A stretch of DNA of 64,000 nt from contig NMRA01000401.1 in the NCBI GenBank assembly GCA_002633005.1, positions 145,827 to 209,826 of the forward strand, in the 5' to 3' direction. This DNA comes from Phoronis australis (lineage: Eukaryota; Animalia; Phoronida). The notes beneath the pieces are model-generated. The model was not told the DNA's origin. It made no database searches and saw only the letters and a program-made list of their open reading frames with translations. The stretch's first letter is position 1. Each line of letters opens with the position of its first letter. This document shows, piece by piece, positions 12,820 to 26,400 of the stretch. The position numbers were made by a program, and so were the translations under genes.

Positions 12820-13518
12820 TCATTACATAAAGAAAGGTAAACGAGATGCACGTTTTCGGAGCTAAAATTTCCGTGACGAGATAAGCGTTGTAGGCAGATG
12901 CTGGCACTTTCAAACAAGTCACGATCATTTAAGTACGACTGTGGGTGGCTCACCAAGCAGTGATGTTTAAAAGTGAGAATTTGCAAATTTCGGTAGTACC
13001 CGTTGTCCCAAACATGGGCACAATCAGTTACGAGCACAGCAGTGACGGACAATCACGTGCCTTCGGCTCCAGGACTTTCACTTTGTCTACATTTACCAAA
13101 AACACGACCATAATCAGCACTTACACTAGTGTAACATTACATTTTTATTAGAATACTCATTAAAAATACCAGTTCAAACATTGTTGTAAAGCACGAAAGT
13201 TGCAATCAAGGATTAATTTGAGGAACTCCAGCGCAACCTACTAAAACATTTCCAGATATTAAACTGTTTTATTTGAAGCAATGAATAAGATGCAAGCCCC
13301 ATGAACACATTATGAATTGCTGTCAGAAGCTTCATACAAGACACACAAGTCACTAGATGTCTCCACTTGTGGATCACATGTGGATTGCTAAAAGCACTTA
13401 CCCTCATTACCAAGATGAATTTGTAAGTTCTAATGCATGCCACCACGTGGCTACAGGTGTCTCAAAATTGGGTTGCACTGAAAGCACAGACTAGAGCATA
13501 TGGAGCCCACTTACAAAA

Positions 13519-13693
13519 CAGTGGCAGATCTAGGATATAATGAGGGGCCCTCAACTTACACACGAGCACACACAAAAGACACCACCAAATGTTAGCCACA
13601 ACCGAATAAATGCCAAAATTGATTTTCGTGTCATTTTTAATTGAATATTTATTTTTTGTTGGTGGCCAAATTGGGGCCCTAAATCCGCCACTG
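13519..13693. mobile_element. hAT-like MITE with CAGTGGC termini
   Basis: CAGTGGCAGATCTAGG...GGGGCCC on the left and GGGGCCCTAAATCCGCCACTG on the right. Termini are related to the hAT5-like family but the interior differs. Confidence 0.55.
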
Positions 13694-14188
13694 CCAGGCG
13701 TGACATTGTTCCACACTTATGACTCTGAATTCCAGCAGTTCTCTGAATGCCAGCAGACAACAAACTTGGGATGCAAATCCTCAGACCAGCACAACTAACC
13801 TCCGCATAAGACTGAAAACACCGTCCATACACAGCAACCAAATCCCAGTTATGGGAGTAGATATCTTGACCTTGAGTCTTACGCGTGCGTGTGTAGGCGC
13901 GTTCGCGCGCGTGTTTGTCAGTATGCATGTGGAGTTTAGCATTGGGTTTGTATCACATATTGGTGTCCGATGTTGGGGGACAGGTGAAATTCTTTCTGAT
14001 CCCTCAATTGTAAACGAAGGCAATCTGGTCCGTCATTGCGGTTGACTTGAACTCCTCAAAATCGCAATCCAGAAAATAATCAATTTATGACCAAATTGCG
14101 CTTCATGTCAAAACAATCCAAATATCACACAAAAACCAGACTGAAATAAGGAATTCCCACACCGTTTATGAAGTTGTTGCAGAACTAG

Positions 14189-14477
14189 AGTCTGGTTCAT
14201 GAAGGTGACTTTATACACAAATTGAATTTGATCTTGGGATCCCACTTCAGATTTATTGAATGAAGGTTTAGCCACACAATTATGAAAACACCAGTCTAAA
14301 ATAAATACTCTATCAGTTATGTGAGACTTTCCGATACTTTGCACTTTTCCTCAAGTGAGATTTAATTATTTTTCAGAAATAGTTATGTGGAGCATAAGAT
14401 TAATTTTCTGTCTTAAGTCTTTTAAGACTGAAAAGTGACTTAAAAGTGGCTTAAAAGTCACTTTTCATGAAACAGAC
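14189..14477. mobile_element. MITE with inverted termini (Harbinger-like, tentative)
   Basis: GTCTGGTTCATGAAGGTGACTTTA versus AAAAGTCACTTTTCATGAAACAGAC. No clear target duplication. Confidence 0.5.
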
Positions 14478-14852
14478 GCCACTCCAAAGTCTGTCTTGTG
14501 GGAAACCGTATGGTAAAGCTGGCCTTTTCAGGCCTAACCTCATTTACACTAGGTAACTCTACAGCAGACTGTTACTATCCTTCAGTACATACTGATCATA
14601 GGGCACAATGAATTCGTAGTTTGTTAGCCAGCCAGCTGGCTGTGTATAACTGAAGGTCAAAATTGTTACTACAGGTTTGTGACAAAAATACTTTGCAAAC
14701 ATTGAAGTCACGGATCTATTGTCACATAGCCACTTCAGCTAAACAAAACCATCGGAAAAATACAACGACCATTTTTGTTTCTATAAGACAACAGAGCTTT
14801 TTATGACATATTGTCCTCATTAGGAAGCTGCTTTACAAGTATCTACAGACTG

Positions 14853-15107
14853 GGGCCCATTCCAAGAGACTGACTTAAGCTCATTTTTGACTTAAGTCTA
14901 CGATTTGTCTCTTGGCTTAATTTCCATAATTTGAAACTTCCACATCCGGTAAAATAGTTAAAATTAAGACAAAACTTTTATCAAAAACTTAGTTCAAACT
15001 TAAAATCTCTTTCTTGAAACGGTCTCGAGACAAATTTAAGTTTTATCTTAAAATTCACTAAAACTTAAGATTTGTCTTATCTAAGTCAGTTTTATTGGAA
15101 CGGGCCC
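14853..15107. mobile_element. PIF/Harbinger-like MITE
   Basis: Inverted termini GGGCCCATTCCAAGAGACTGACTTA / TAAGTCAGTTTTATTGGAACGGGCCC, with 3-bp CTG duplicated at 14850-14852 and 15108-15110. Confidence 0.75.
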
Positions 15108-16051
15108 CTGTACTTTACACACATGTAGGACCATATTGACAAAGGTGAAGATTCAGCTTAATATTTACAAAACTATTGATCTTAAATCAGTGAAAGTTCA
15201 CATTTTCTGAAAGGAGAAAGCCTGAAGAATTTGATTTTTGACTTTCTACCAATATCACATTAATTGGGACACGTGACCAAGTGTGCTTAGTAAAATTGAA
15301 CAAAAAAGAAAGGTACATTGATAGTAATTCATTGGTATCATAGCATCATTTTTATTTATTTTATGTAATTATTGGACATGAGATCTAAAAAACGTTGTTA
15401 CATTTTTCTAGATTTCATTTTGACTTTGAGAAAAATTTCAAGTTTTTTACTGGAAATCGTAAACATCAAATTTTTTTAACAGCCTCTCACGCAAAGTGGA
15501 ACAGTTTGAATACAATTCGTAACAACATTTTAGAGAACAATGCATAAACAATAGTATCTCTAAATTTCATGTGAACGCAGTATTAAAGTCATTTCTGAGA
15601 TATGACGTTCCAAAGTAATCCAAATTTGTCCATTTATCTGAGGTCCTTCCTACATAAGCTTGAGAGTAACTTCACACCAACAGCTTTGCTCGTATCAGCC
15701 AAATTTGACTACTAGACACACCCGAGTACTCGCAATAAATTGAACGTTTTAGACCGTCAATGGTTGTGGACATCCTCAGAATGATGGTTTGGTGGATTAG
15801 CAGCCACGCGAAGAAGTTCTCGCCCTCGGTAACGATTGTATCTCATGAAATTCGCCCGATATTTGACTCACCAATCCAATGAAGTCATTGACCTTTACTC
15901 AAACTTGTGCTGCAAAACTTTTACTTGAAGGCCTGAGTTCGGCAGCAAAAACAATGATGTCTTTATATAACCCCAAAAGAGTATGTAACAGTTCACCAGT
16001 TCCCTTGATCAGGTTGATTGCACACCTTGGCTTCCGATATCACAGAGAACT

Positions 16052-19000
16052 TCATTCAGGATAAATCATACGGAAGGTAAGATTTATCCTCGGACTTCGA
16101 TCGTGGTATTCCTTTGGGATGCGGTGCTGTGAAAATAAAGAGTCTTGGTTCACTAAACAATGAAAATGTTGTCCTTGTTAAAAAAATCCTGTCCACAAAT
16201 TGTTAATGGTTCAAGTGCATGTTCATAGTCATTGTGGTACACTTCATTGTAGATTAATGTACAAATGAACGATACGACACGTGTGCCACCTTGTGGACAA
16301 AGAGAAGACTGTCAATTTGAAACAAGCCCGTCACTGCACCACAAATGGTATGCTTCTAATGGTATTAATTTATTTGGTATCGCAAAATGGCCACTAGATG
16401 GCACAGAAAACATCAAACCCACCAGAAAATGGGAAAGCTTTGTCGTCTGCCCAGAGGACAAATTTCATGCAAATACGCCCAGGAACTCTAAAATTACAGA
16501 GGCAAATGTAAACTAAATCAAATTGCCACTAGGAGGCACAGCGATTGTCAGATCTTCCCCACAGGAATACACTTACTAAAGTTCACAAAGATTTTGCAAG
16601 GGGTTTAGGAGATAAACATGCGAGAAGTGGCATTAAGGTGAGCAACAGATTGTCAGCAGGAACACATAAAATATGTTAATTTTCATAACGATCCCTCAAG
16701 AAGTTAGACGGGTAAAGAGGCAGATAGCAAAAACAGACCCCAAAATTAATAAAATAATATGCCCACTATGTAGTGCAGAAAACATCAAATCTGCTCCAAA
16801 ATGGAAAGAGGATGCTGTCTTATTAAAAACCTATTCGTCAAAATTCATGAAAATCCAGCTAGCAACTCAGAAAGGTAATGAGCAAATGTAAATACTATAG
16901 TTGGCAATAATGTGACATGCTGTGTCAATAAGCTTCGTGAGAACACATCTGGCAAATCTCGCTATGATCCCATAAGCGGTTTAAGACACACAACACTGAA
17001 CACCGAATTGCGGAGGCCAGATGCCCAGAAATGCTAGCAATAGGCACTCAAGTAAGTAGACGTACAACACACGTTTCTTGAATTGTAGAGGGTTTGTTTG
17101 GTGACAGAAAACAAGTTTAATCGCGGTAAGGAGAATTTTGAGACCAATTTAGAATAAAAAGCCGGATTTGATTTTCGTTGTTAATCAGATATACTAAGCA
17201 ATTTTATGCATGGGATGGCAATAAACTGTCTTTGGATTTTTTGTATTTTGCGCATTGAAAGTGACATTTTACAGACTTCAAAATTTCTTTCTGTTAAAAA
17301 TCAAGATGCACAATTACGATGGCAGCTGGGATATTTCTATTAAACTGATCTGGCCATTACGAGATCACCAGATATGACACAAATGGGGCTTGAAAACTTG
17401 CAGCAAATGTCAAAACACGACTTGCCTCATGGCAGGTAATAGAAGAAACTGATTGGATACAATGTATGATATGCCCCTCCCTTTACCTGCCAATCTTCCT
17501 GCAGCGCCCCCTCCATGATAAGTAATGAACCATGTGTCAGAGGTACCTTCACATGCTCCATATATGTGTAATCACCTTCAGCCTCCTGATAAATGTGAAA
17601 AATTTCAATAATTAATACAACAGTTACAGCTCTATAATAGCTAATCAATAAAACACAGCAAACTAGTCTGAAATTCAAATTAAAAACAATTACCAATTTT
17701 GCTGCATTTTCAAAAATGCTCAGAATTTCGTCACCTTTTGTTTGATAACAGCCGAGTAATGTAAACAAAATATTTATTACAGGTTATATTCCAAAAACAT
17801 CTCTTTTTAAGAAATTAAACACAACAAAGCTGTTCTTCTGACACATTGAGTAAATAACTAAAGAAGGTATCCATAGTAACAATAATGTAAAGGTGAACAG
17901 GGAAGAGAAACAATCCTTCTGAGAAATTCGTGTATACTCAGACTGGACCGCTAACTCCAGGGAACAGAATCATCCAAATCTATCAGTCCCTTGGTTGAGG
18001 AACACCACAAATCAGATCCCTAACGCCAGTGGGTGATAAAATTCAACCACTGGATCTGGAATCACTGAAAGCTAGACGCCTAAATATAGCCGCCAGGCTC
18101 TCGAAGCTTGCCCCTAACTGTATATGCATGTACTTTGGCCCACGTAAGAATGTACGCGTAATTATGTGAAACTGTTGGAATTAGGTGCACAAACCTATAT
18201 GCAAAACACTCGAGTAAAACCAAGGATGAAAAATTTTAAAAAGCGTGTGAGTGACGGTTGACTTTCTCGGTACAAAACGATAGATGTTGACGTATTTTCA
18301 AATTTGGAATAACTTTCTAGTGGAAAGTAATAGGATTGGATGAGACCCACAAATGCCTGATTTAGGACATGCACATATACCATGGATGGTCCCCTTTGTT
18401 TACAAGGGAAGCTTAGGCGCACACTCCTATGAGCAAAACACTGAGCAAATTTCTTTAACGACTGCATCATTTCAGATATAGGCGGATGGGCCTAACTACG
18501 CGTATCTACGGAACGCTTCAGAACTTGCCAGAGCCACCGAGAAATTCTAATTCCACTTAGGTACAGTCAAAGTGATTTGTTCATTGCGTAATTATAAAGC
18601 ACTTTAGCAATCTACAGTAAAACAATCTCCAGATTGGGAAAGTGACAAATAAAATCATTTTCCACAAAGTCAGAGCATATACCAAATTTTAGAAAAAGGC
18701 AATAGTGACTGTGTAAGAATGATTATTCACTTCGATGCACGAAGATGTTACATCGGCGCCTACATTTGACAATTTTACAAACTGTGTAGTCTCTTTTCAG
18801 ACTGTTGATAGAAAACGCACCGCCTGATATTGTAGAAATTAAATACGACGAACGCCAAAACTGCCCATGTCCCAATCAAGAAAATTCAACTTGGGCTTGA
18901 ATGTCAGTGTCTTAACTCAAGACACAGTTCCAATCATCAGAATTTTACTGTAATTGATGATTTTTCAGAAGAAAAACAAAGGAGATCAATGACTAGCTGT

Positions 19001-22000
19001 ATCATTCTAAAGGAGAGCTGAGTTCTGTTCACATATTAAGGGAAACTCAGTATGAGGGAGGTATAATGAAAAAATTATTTACTCAGGCTGCGTGATTTTG
19101 TCGTGTGCAAAACTTCAAGATGGTGACCAAACAAAATGACACAGGAGTGAATAATCTTAATAAAAATAATTAGCTCAATGAGATTTAGTTTTGAAACCGA
19201 ATGGAAGAATACTTTGGCAGCAGTTATCACAAAACAATGTTTACAATAATTTTCAACTATATTCACTCGAGCTCTCTGAATCGCTGACGGTCGTTCGCAG
19301 TGCAACAATAAATCAGACGACCAAGAGACACAGAAAAACTAATGATTAAAACGACAACGTAAGAAAGCATTTTTGCAACCTAAACTCAATTAACGTATCA
19401 ATTAAGCAACATAATCCCAGCTTCTATCCTCTACAAGAAAATGAAACAAACCGGTGGAGGTTTCTTCCTCAGCTCGAAGTTCCTTGAGTCGCCCAGCGAG
19501 ATGGATGCTATGGTAGGCTGGGGGCCTAGAGACGACTCGTCATCAGCATGCCAGTCCACACTGTCATGCCCATTTCTGTAGAGGTTACCCAGCATGGAGT
19601 TGAAGATGAAGCCAGTTGTCTCTTCCAGTCGGTCGCGCAGCATGACTAGTACAGGGTGCCACTAAACAAGTATAAAAACAACGAATGAGATACTGGAGCT
19701 CTTTGTTAGTGCTACAGGATGTTTCTAAAGTAAAGTAAAAACGAAATAACAAAAAAGGATTAGTGTGCTCTGTTCAGTTAATCCTCTTTATAAAAATTTG
19801 CCATGCAGAGTTGTAATTGTGAAATAAATGCAGCAGCGACACACTCGGAGGGGGATCCAGGAAGCCTGGACTATGACGCTCCCTAACTTTTGTGTTGATG
19901 CAATTAAGGAAAGCAAAGTGCTCCCTATTGCCCATTTTACAGGCAAGAGATCCATAGGATATCTGCAATGGGTCATGGGACACCGATCAGCCTAATGGAA
20001 AGAAACCCGACCAAATGACACCAGAGAATGTACGTGTACATTTCCAGCCAACCAATGGTGAGGAACAGTAAAAGGTCCATTTCAGTCCAATTCTTGATCT
20101 ACATCTAAGCCATCTACAACAAATTACTATACGGTAATAACTAATCCTAAAGCAAACAAGTTACAAGACTTACCCTGTTCCAAATAGTCATTAACCTGCA
20201 GAAGCTCATAAGATATGGGCGCAATGTTGCTTAAATCCAGAAAGTCAAAGTCTGGAGTTTCTTTTATTCTCATTCACTATTTACAACCAAATGAAGCCTC
20301 AAGATATCCACTCAGTGAAAATGAAACTATCTCAAGACAACTGAGTGAAAAGCGTGAACAAGAGCATCTGAAATATTACTTTGAGTCAAATGTTATTTCA
20401 AACAACAAATAATTTCGCGACATTTACCTCTGCGGACGGCTTGAGAGTTACGCCGGAGTAAGAATACGGCAAATCGCCATACCAACACGTCAACCTAGGT
20501 TGGACGTAACTTACTCCCTTTTTCACATCGCTACGCTGTCGCCAGGGCAAGTCAAGATACAGCTGGTCATAAATCCAATCAGCCTCTGACTTTTCAATGA
20601 AATTGGGAAACAACTTTATTCTGAAAATTGAAACAGAGTGCATAAGTAAGGATGCACACAATGGTGTCCCATCTAAAACAGGTGTGCCATCATTCATTTT
20701 GGGCTTGGCAAGGGTAACTGGTCTGCTTGACAGATGGTTTATGGTCCTGGCTAAGAAGTTAATTGGTTTATTGTCCCTTATGAGTTTTGAGTAGCCCAGC
20801 CTGGGAAATATAACAGAACCACTGCAATCCTCTTTTAGCCAATTGGAAGTATGTAATACAATGCATTTAAAACAAAAGAATTAAGATTAAAAACTATTGT
20901 TCATCATAATTGAGCTAAACATGAAATGCGTACTGGTATATATTTCAATAGCTATTTAAATACGCAGCAATCCGCAAACTTGGTTACCATAATTACAGCA
21001 TTCAAGAGTGCTGAAATTTACTCTATACAGTTACTAAAAGTACCAAATTTCATAAAAAAGATCTTGCCCTCAGTTTCTTCAACAATATTATTTACAATTT
21101 TTGCACAAATTTAATACTTAGCAACTTCTTTTTATTCAATATCTAAGTAACATGCTCGAAAAATCCAACCTGGACACATCCGTGGGCCCGTCACTCAAAT
21201 TGTACACCCCTTGCTTTCTGAAAAATAATAAAAAGCAAATAAACATCTGTACAAACAGAAATTATTCTAATGAAATAACTCCTAACAATCAATTTCAATT
21301 AACACATGCATCAGCCACAAACTCGTACAATTTTTGAATATGGCAAATGTCAACATTTAAAGCAATAGGAGTTTGAAACTGGCTTGGCACTTTACAAAAT
21401 CATCAAAAAACAGCCACTGACGCAACATTCTTATGTGCCCCCATAGTGCATAACACCTCGAATCAATCTTTGACTAAAATCCGAAATACTTTTTAGTTAG
21501 ATTTTTAAGTTAATTTTGCATTTGGCAATTTCTCCAGTATAGCTGAAGTCCCATTCAGTACCATCTTTGAACAGCAGATTGATTTCGTTGTTGTTCTGGG
21601 CGCAACCCCGTTGTTCATTTTTCAAAGCAGTGGCAGACTTAGTTAGCATGCCTAACTACACATGACAAATCATAAGACCAAACGGAGTTGGTCGTTTCAA
21701 CTTCGATGATGAGTTTGCAATTTTGAAAGGAGAAACTTAATACTGTTTTAAGTTTTATTTCTTGATATACTTACGCTATTACTTGTTCCTTGGGCTTTTG
21801 CCTTGTTTCCTGTGAATACAAAAATTCCAAATTAGTCATTCAAATAAGGTAATGACTAAATTACACAAAAATAGGATTATTTGTCGCCAAGTTTTTCATC
21901 TTAAATCCAATATATAGGTCAAATGACCAAGTGAGTTGTGAATTGTAGTAACAACACCATGGCTAGCAATGGAATCTGTTGAATGTGGTCAATAAAGCCT

Positions 22001-22926
22001 GTTTTAATAACATTGTATTTAACTTAATCTGCAGTGAGTGCAGTAATACAAAGGCATCTCTTAGCCACTTGTCTACCAGCAATCGTCAGGATTTTGAGTG
22101 ACGCCTTAACTGACCATTTAGAACTCATCATTCTTGACACACCTTCATTTCCAAACCGCCATTTTACCCAACAAACAACACATTGCCGGGTAAACCGTAT
22201 TGCTTTTTAGTCAACATTACGCAAGGGGGCGGAGCTTGCGATAGGTCAATTGCTATTTGGCCAACAGGTTAAGACACCTGGGCTTAAACTGAGAGGTACC
22301 AAGTTCAAAACTTGGCATTGGGCACAAGTGAAGAGAAAAATTGCCGTGTTCCAAATCTTGAGCCTGATTGCTCTCGATTCAAAGCCTGGTGGGTTAACCA
22401 GTCAGTCTAAGATTAACTGCCCTGTAGGAAGTGTAGGTAAGTAATTAAGTTTAGCCTTTATCACTGCTGATCCATCAGTGCACAATGACCAAAATAACAT
22501 CAATAATTAGAAACAGGACAAATTCCACAGTGCAAACTTCTAATTTGCAAACATTCAGCTGTTAATGCCATGGTGACAGGTGTGTCAACCATGATTTTGA
22601 GAACCAGTTACCGGGCACTTTCACTGAGTAATGTATATTATCTAGTGCTAGTAATTCGAAGTAGGGACTTTTATTTATGACAATTACTTATATATCTACA
22701 AATCATACACACGACAGACAAAACCACTGTGGGTTACGTTGATAACGATAAGAACCTTTTCCTGTTCGACGTAAACAAACTGTTTTGGCCTCGGATTATC
22801 CACAACTTTTCCATACCAGGCAGGTGGCTTGCTTGTTTTTGCTCTAAATTCATCTGATCTGGTAGCACTAGAATCAGGAGCCCAGCCACCTTGAATTCTA
22901 GTCTTCTTTCGCTTGCTCTGATTCAT
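16052..22926 (-). CDS. ALKBH3: Alpha-ketoglutarate-dependent dioxygenase alkB homolog 3 (~276 aa)
   Basis: Seven in-phase GT-AG exons: 22926-22756, 21809-21775, 21217-21170, 20620-20428, 19661-19452, 17585-17487 and 16126-16052. Motifs present: KRKKTRIQGGWA, QPRLTCWYGDLPYSYS, NLYRNGHDSVDWHADDE (HxD), IASISLGDSRNF, LLIMEGALQEDWQHRIPKEYHDRSPRINLTFR (second His and RxxxxxR). Confidence 0.95.
22068..22250. mobile_element. Second copy of the 12640-12819 MITE
   Basis: Colinear similarity to 12640-12819, ending GCTTGCGATAGGTCAAT. The left terminus is decayed. Confidence 0.65.
22255..22455 (+). mobile_element. Degenerate tRNA-derived SINE
   Basis: A-box-like TGGCCAACAGGTTAAG and B-box-like AGTTCAAAACTT at tRNA spacing, followed by GGGCAC as in the 9151-9223 element. 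Confidence 0.45.
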
Positions 22927-23446
22927 GTTTTGCGAAAGGACATGAAAGCTTATCCGAGCTCAAAAACATTAATGGGGGCTGCCATTTTTGTTAGCGCAAG
23001 CGCAACACCCAACTTCCTTATTTCGTTGTTTTTCTGGGGAGAATGTGAAATTCTAAAACTAAAAATTTAGAGCAATGTACTTGAAAGAAATTCATACAGC
23101 CAAAATAAAAGATAAATATTATACTAGAATTTGTAAGTATTTGTATAATTACATTAGCCGTTTACATTAATTTACAATCTAAATTTTCAATGAATTTTAC
23201 CTAATTCTCTCCAAACTCTTCAGGAGAACTCTTTGACTATGAGAACGGAAGCAACAAAAGTGAGAGTAGTCGAGTAGTCTATATTGGCTAAAGTGACAGG
23301 ATCAAGCGCTGGCTCAAGAGCGAGTTTTACAGCTGGAGATACGTTTGTTAGCGTGCAACTTCTGGAAGATCTATGTTTTCGTAAAGACCTTCAACGACAT
23401 CCGTGCGATTCCAAGTACATGAATGTGGGGTTGGTTGAAGTCAAAA
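22927..23446. promoter_or_regulatory. Putative bidirectional promoter ALKBH3/BORCS5
   Basis: Only 520 bp separate the divergent ATGs. The interval has a YY1-like GCCATTTT (22981) and ETS-like ACTTCC (~23012) and CGGAAG (~23246). Confidence 0.65.
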
Positions 23447-26400
23447 ATGGGCGGCGAACAAAGTTCTCCTGCTAAGACAAGAACAGGCCCAGTTGCGGGC
23501 GTCGTGAAATCCCAAAGAGACGATGATATACCGTACACCTCGTACTCCATCACCAAGCCAATCGATTCAGGTGTGGAAGTTTATATGAAAGTGTGCTCAA
23601 CAAATTTGCTGGTCGAGTGACTAGTGACTGCTAGTAGCATCAATCAGTACAGTCCATGATGATCGACACCTTTATGATGGTTTTCGTTTAAATAAGTAAT
23701 TAATGCCAATGGTCTTATCTGTTACATCAGACACAAACAGCTTGCACAGTGCATGTGCCGTCTTGTAAACTGAATTGCATGTGCACAAAATTTTACTTTT
23801 TTGAACGCTGCATGGAGTTGAAGTAAGCCAAGCAGAGGAAAAAGGCAATGGGAAGTTTCCATTTAAAAAATCTCAAATTTGAAGCAGAAATGTATATTGA
23901 ACAATACTGAAATTCCTAAATTTTATTTGATTAAATTAATACTTGTCAGGAAATCGTGTGCTTTCGAATACGTTGAGTTGTCGATCGTGAGTACACACTT
24001 TCGTGAGAGCCGAGTTAGTTGTCTTCTATCCCTTGATCAGTTTTCTCATAGGTGACACTCTCAAAAAGCCCAGGGAAATATGTCATATTACATAAAGGAA
24101 TATTGCTGACGAGGTTTGAACCTGTGCCCTTTGGGTGCACATGATGATAAAAAGTGTGCCTTTTGTCGTGCCCAGCATAGTGTCATTAAAGTGCTAACAT
24201 ATGAAACAGAAACCACAAGGGCAATGGAAATAAGAACAGAGTCACGTTTTACATGACTGTTAGTTGACTAGAATCTTGCATTTTTGGAAGAGTGTTGCGT
24301 TTTAAAAGATGCCCTGGGGGTATGCACTGCTGCAATGTACTTGCACCTTTTCATTTTTTATGCACTAATGGCGCAACTTATGGCACAGTCCAGAAATATC
24401 CGTGACATGGAGTAAACTTTCCTGAAACACCACAGAAAGTAATATGAAAATGGTCTCACTTGTGTAGTAAACCTGCATTCTGCCCGAGAAGCAAATTTTG
24501 ATTTGGTCCCCTTGTTATAATCAAACTAGTCTAAACTTGTTCCACACTTGGATATAATTAATTTCCGTCAGTTCCAAGTCTTTCAACATTTTGAAATCGC
24601 CTTAAAAGACCAAGGGACAATTTGATCCAAATTTCATGTTGATTTGAAGTGCTTAAAATTTGTTTTTTGTGATGTAAGGTGGGTTTGTTGCCCACTTCAA
24701 GTTGTATTGAGGCACACCCATGATCGACATCCTTGCAATTTTTGTTGAATAAACAAACATTTAACGGTCTTATATGATACAAATTGAATTCTGTTCAAGT
24801 CTTTGACACAAACAGCCTGTAGTATGCACATACCATCTTGTATTTGAAAACATACCAGTATGCACAAAATCTTGCTTTTTTGTATGCCGAGAGTAACAAG
24901 TTAAAGTAGCCGAGGAAGCAGACGACAAGAAATTTTCCACTTTTGCAAATTTGTGGATGTGAAGCAGAAATGTTCCGAAAATAATTCTTACTTGTTCAGA
25001 TAAAAAAAGTCATAATGACATTTAAAAACATGCTTTTGGAGACCTTAAAATTTGTCGAGTTGATTGCAGGTATATACTTTTGTTATCCGAGTGAAATGTC
25101 TTTTGTTGCTTGTAAAATTTTAGCTGCTGCATCCTTGATTGGATAGAGTCTACAATTTCTCTCACACGAGAACGCACGCTTTCAGGTGATTGGTAATTCT
25201 TGAGATGCCTTGTACTCACTTGTACATGTACCTGACTGACCCAGCATGATTTGATACTCATACCGAGATTTTCCGTAGATGAGCCCACCCGATGAAACGC
25301 CCAAGGTGTTTATTCGAAAAATAATGCTGAATAATTCGGTGTTACAACTTCTGGTATCAAGTGTCCAGATAGTCAGGCATTTATTCAGAATATTTCCTCT
25401 TAAAACCCACTCAGCATCAGCTTTTAGCCACAAATTCAGTTTTAGGAACATTTATCATAAATTATAAAAACAGACAAAGTGTTGGCGAAATATGTATTTA
25501 TTAACTATTAAAAAGTACTGTTTTATTAAAAAATTGCTGACTTTCCGTTTACATGTTCTCCTTTCTGAATAAATGCCTAGAGGTGTATTTGTTGATACTG
25601 AAATGCTGAAAATTTTCATTTCCCAAGTACATGCCCATGGGCTTACATGTATCCACGGAAAATCTTGGTAGGTAAATTTTGTTTTTTTCGAATTTACATT
25701 TTAAAATTGTATACTTTTAAATAAGCTGCAATGCATTTTTACCATTTCATCTCTTGGTGGACAAATGTGGTAATTACAGCTTAAGGATCAATTCAATTTC
25801 TCATTTCCAGGATCTATTAAAGATTCACCGATACTTGGAGTGAGAAGTAAAAATCCAACTCTAAAAGAACAAAAAGAGAGAGTCGACCTGACATCCAGTG
25901 GATCAATGCCAAGCACAGCAAAACAGATTGTTGTAGTCGCTCAGGGCACGAGTGGTTTACCAGAGACAGAACCTGAACTCCACCAACTCGACAGTATTCC
26001 TATCTTTTTCCCAATAATACGGGCGTCACTTAACATTCCAAGCTTAAAAGAGCCTGTAGAATCTTACGAGAAGATGGATTACCATGGTATTTTGCAGATC
26101 TGCGTGAGATATAAGGAACATTTAAAACAGTGCGCAGAGGCGGTCTCCTTTGACCAAAATGCACTCTGCATCAGAATAAAGGAGGTTGGTTTAATTTACT
26201 GTCACTTTGAATTTTGTTTTAAGGATCACTCGACATCATTTTTCAAAATGTTCCTGGTTTATATTTTGGCATGCCTTTAAATTTTTCCAAAAACGATTAT
26301 AGAAATCATCAATTTTTGAAGTTTTGCCAAATTTGAAGGACTTTTATTAGGTGAGGGAGTGTGCCTAAAAGAAAATATTTTGAATGACTAAAACTGTTGA

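Noticed and set aside
13551-14045. Overlapping 80-125 aa ORFs downstream of ALKBH3
   Set aside because: No domain similarity or consistent splice structure, and they partly overlap a MITE.
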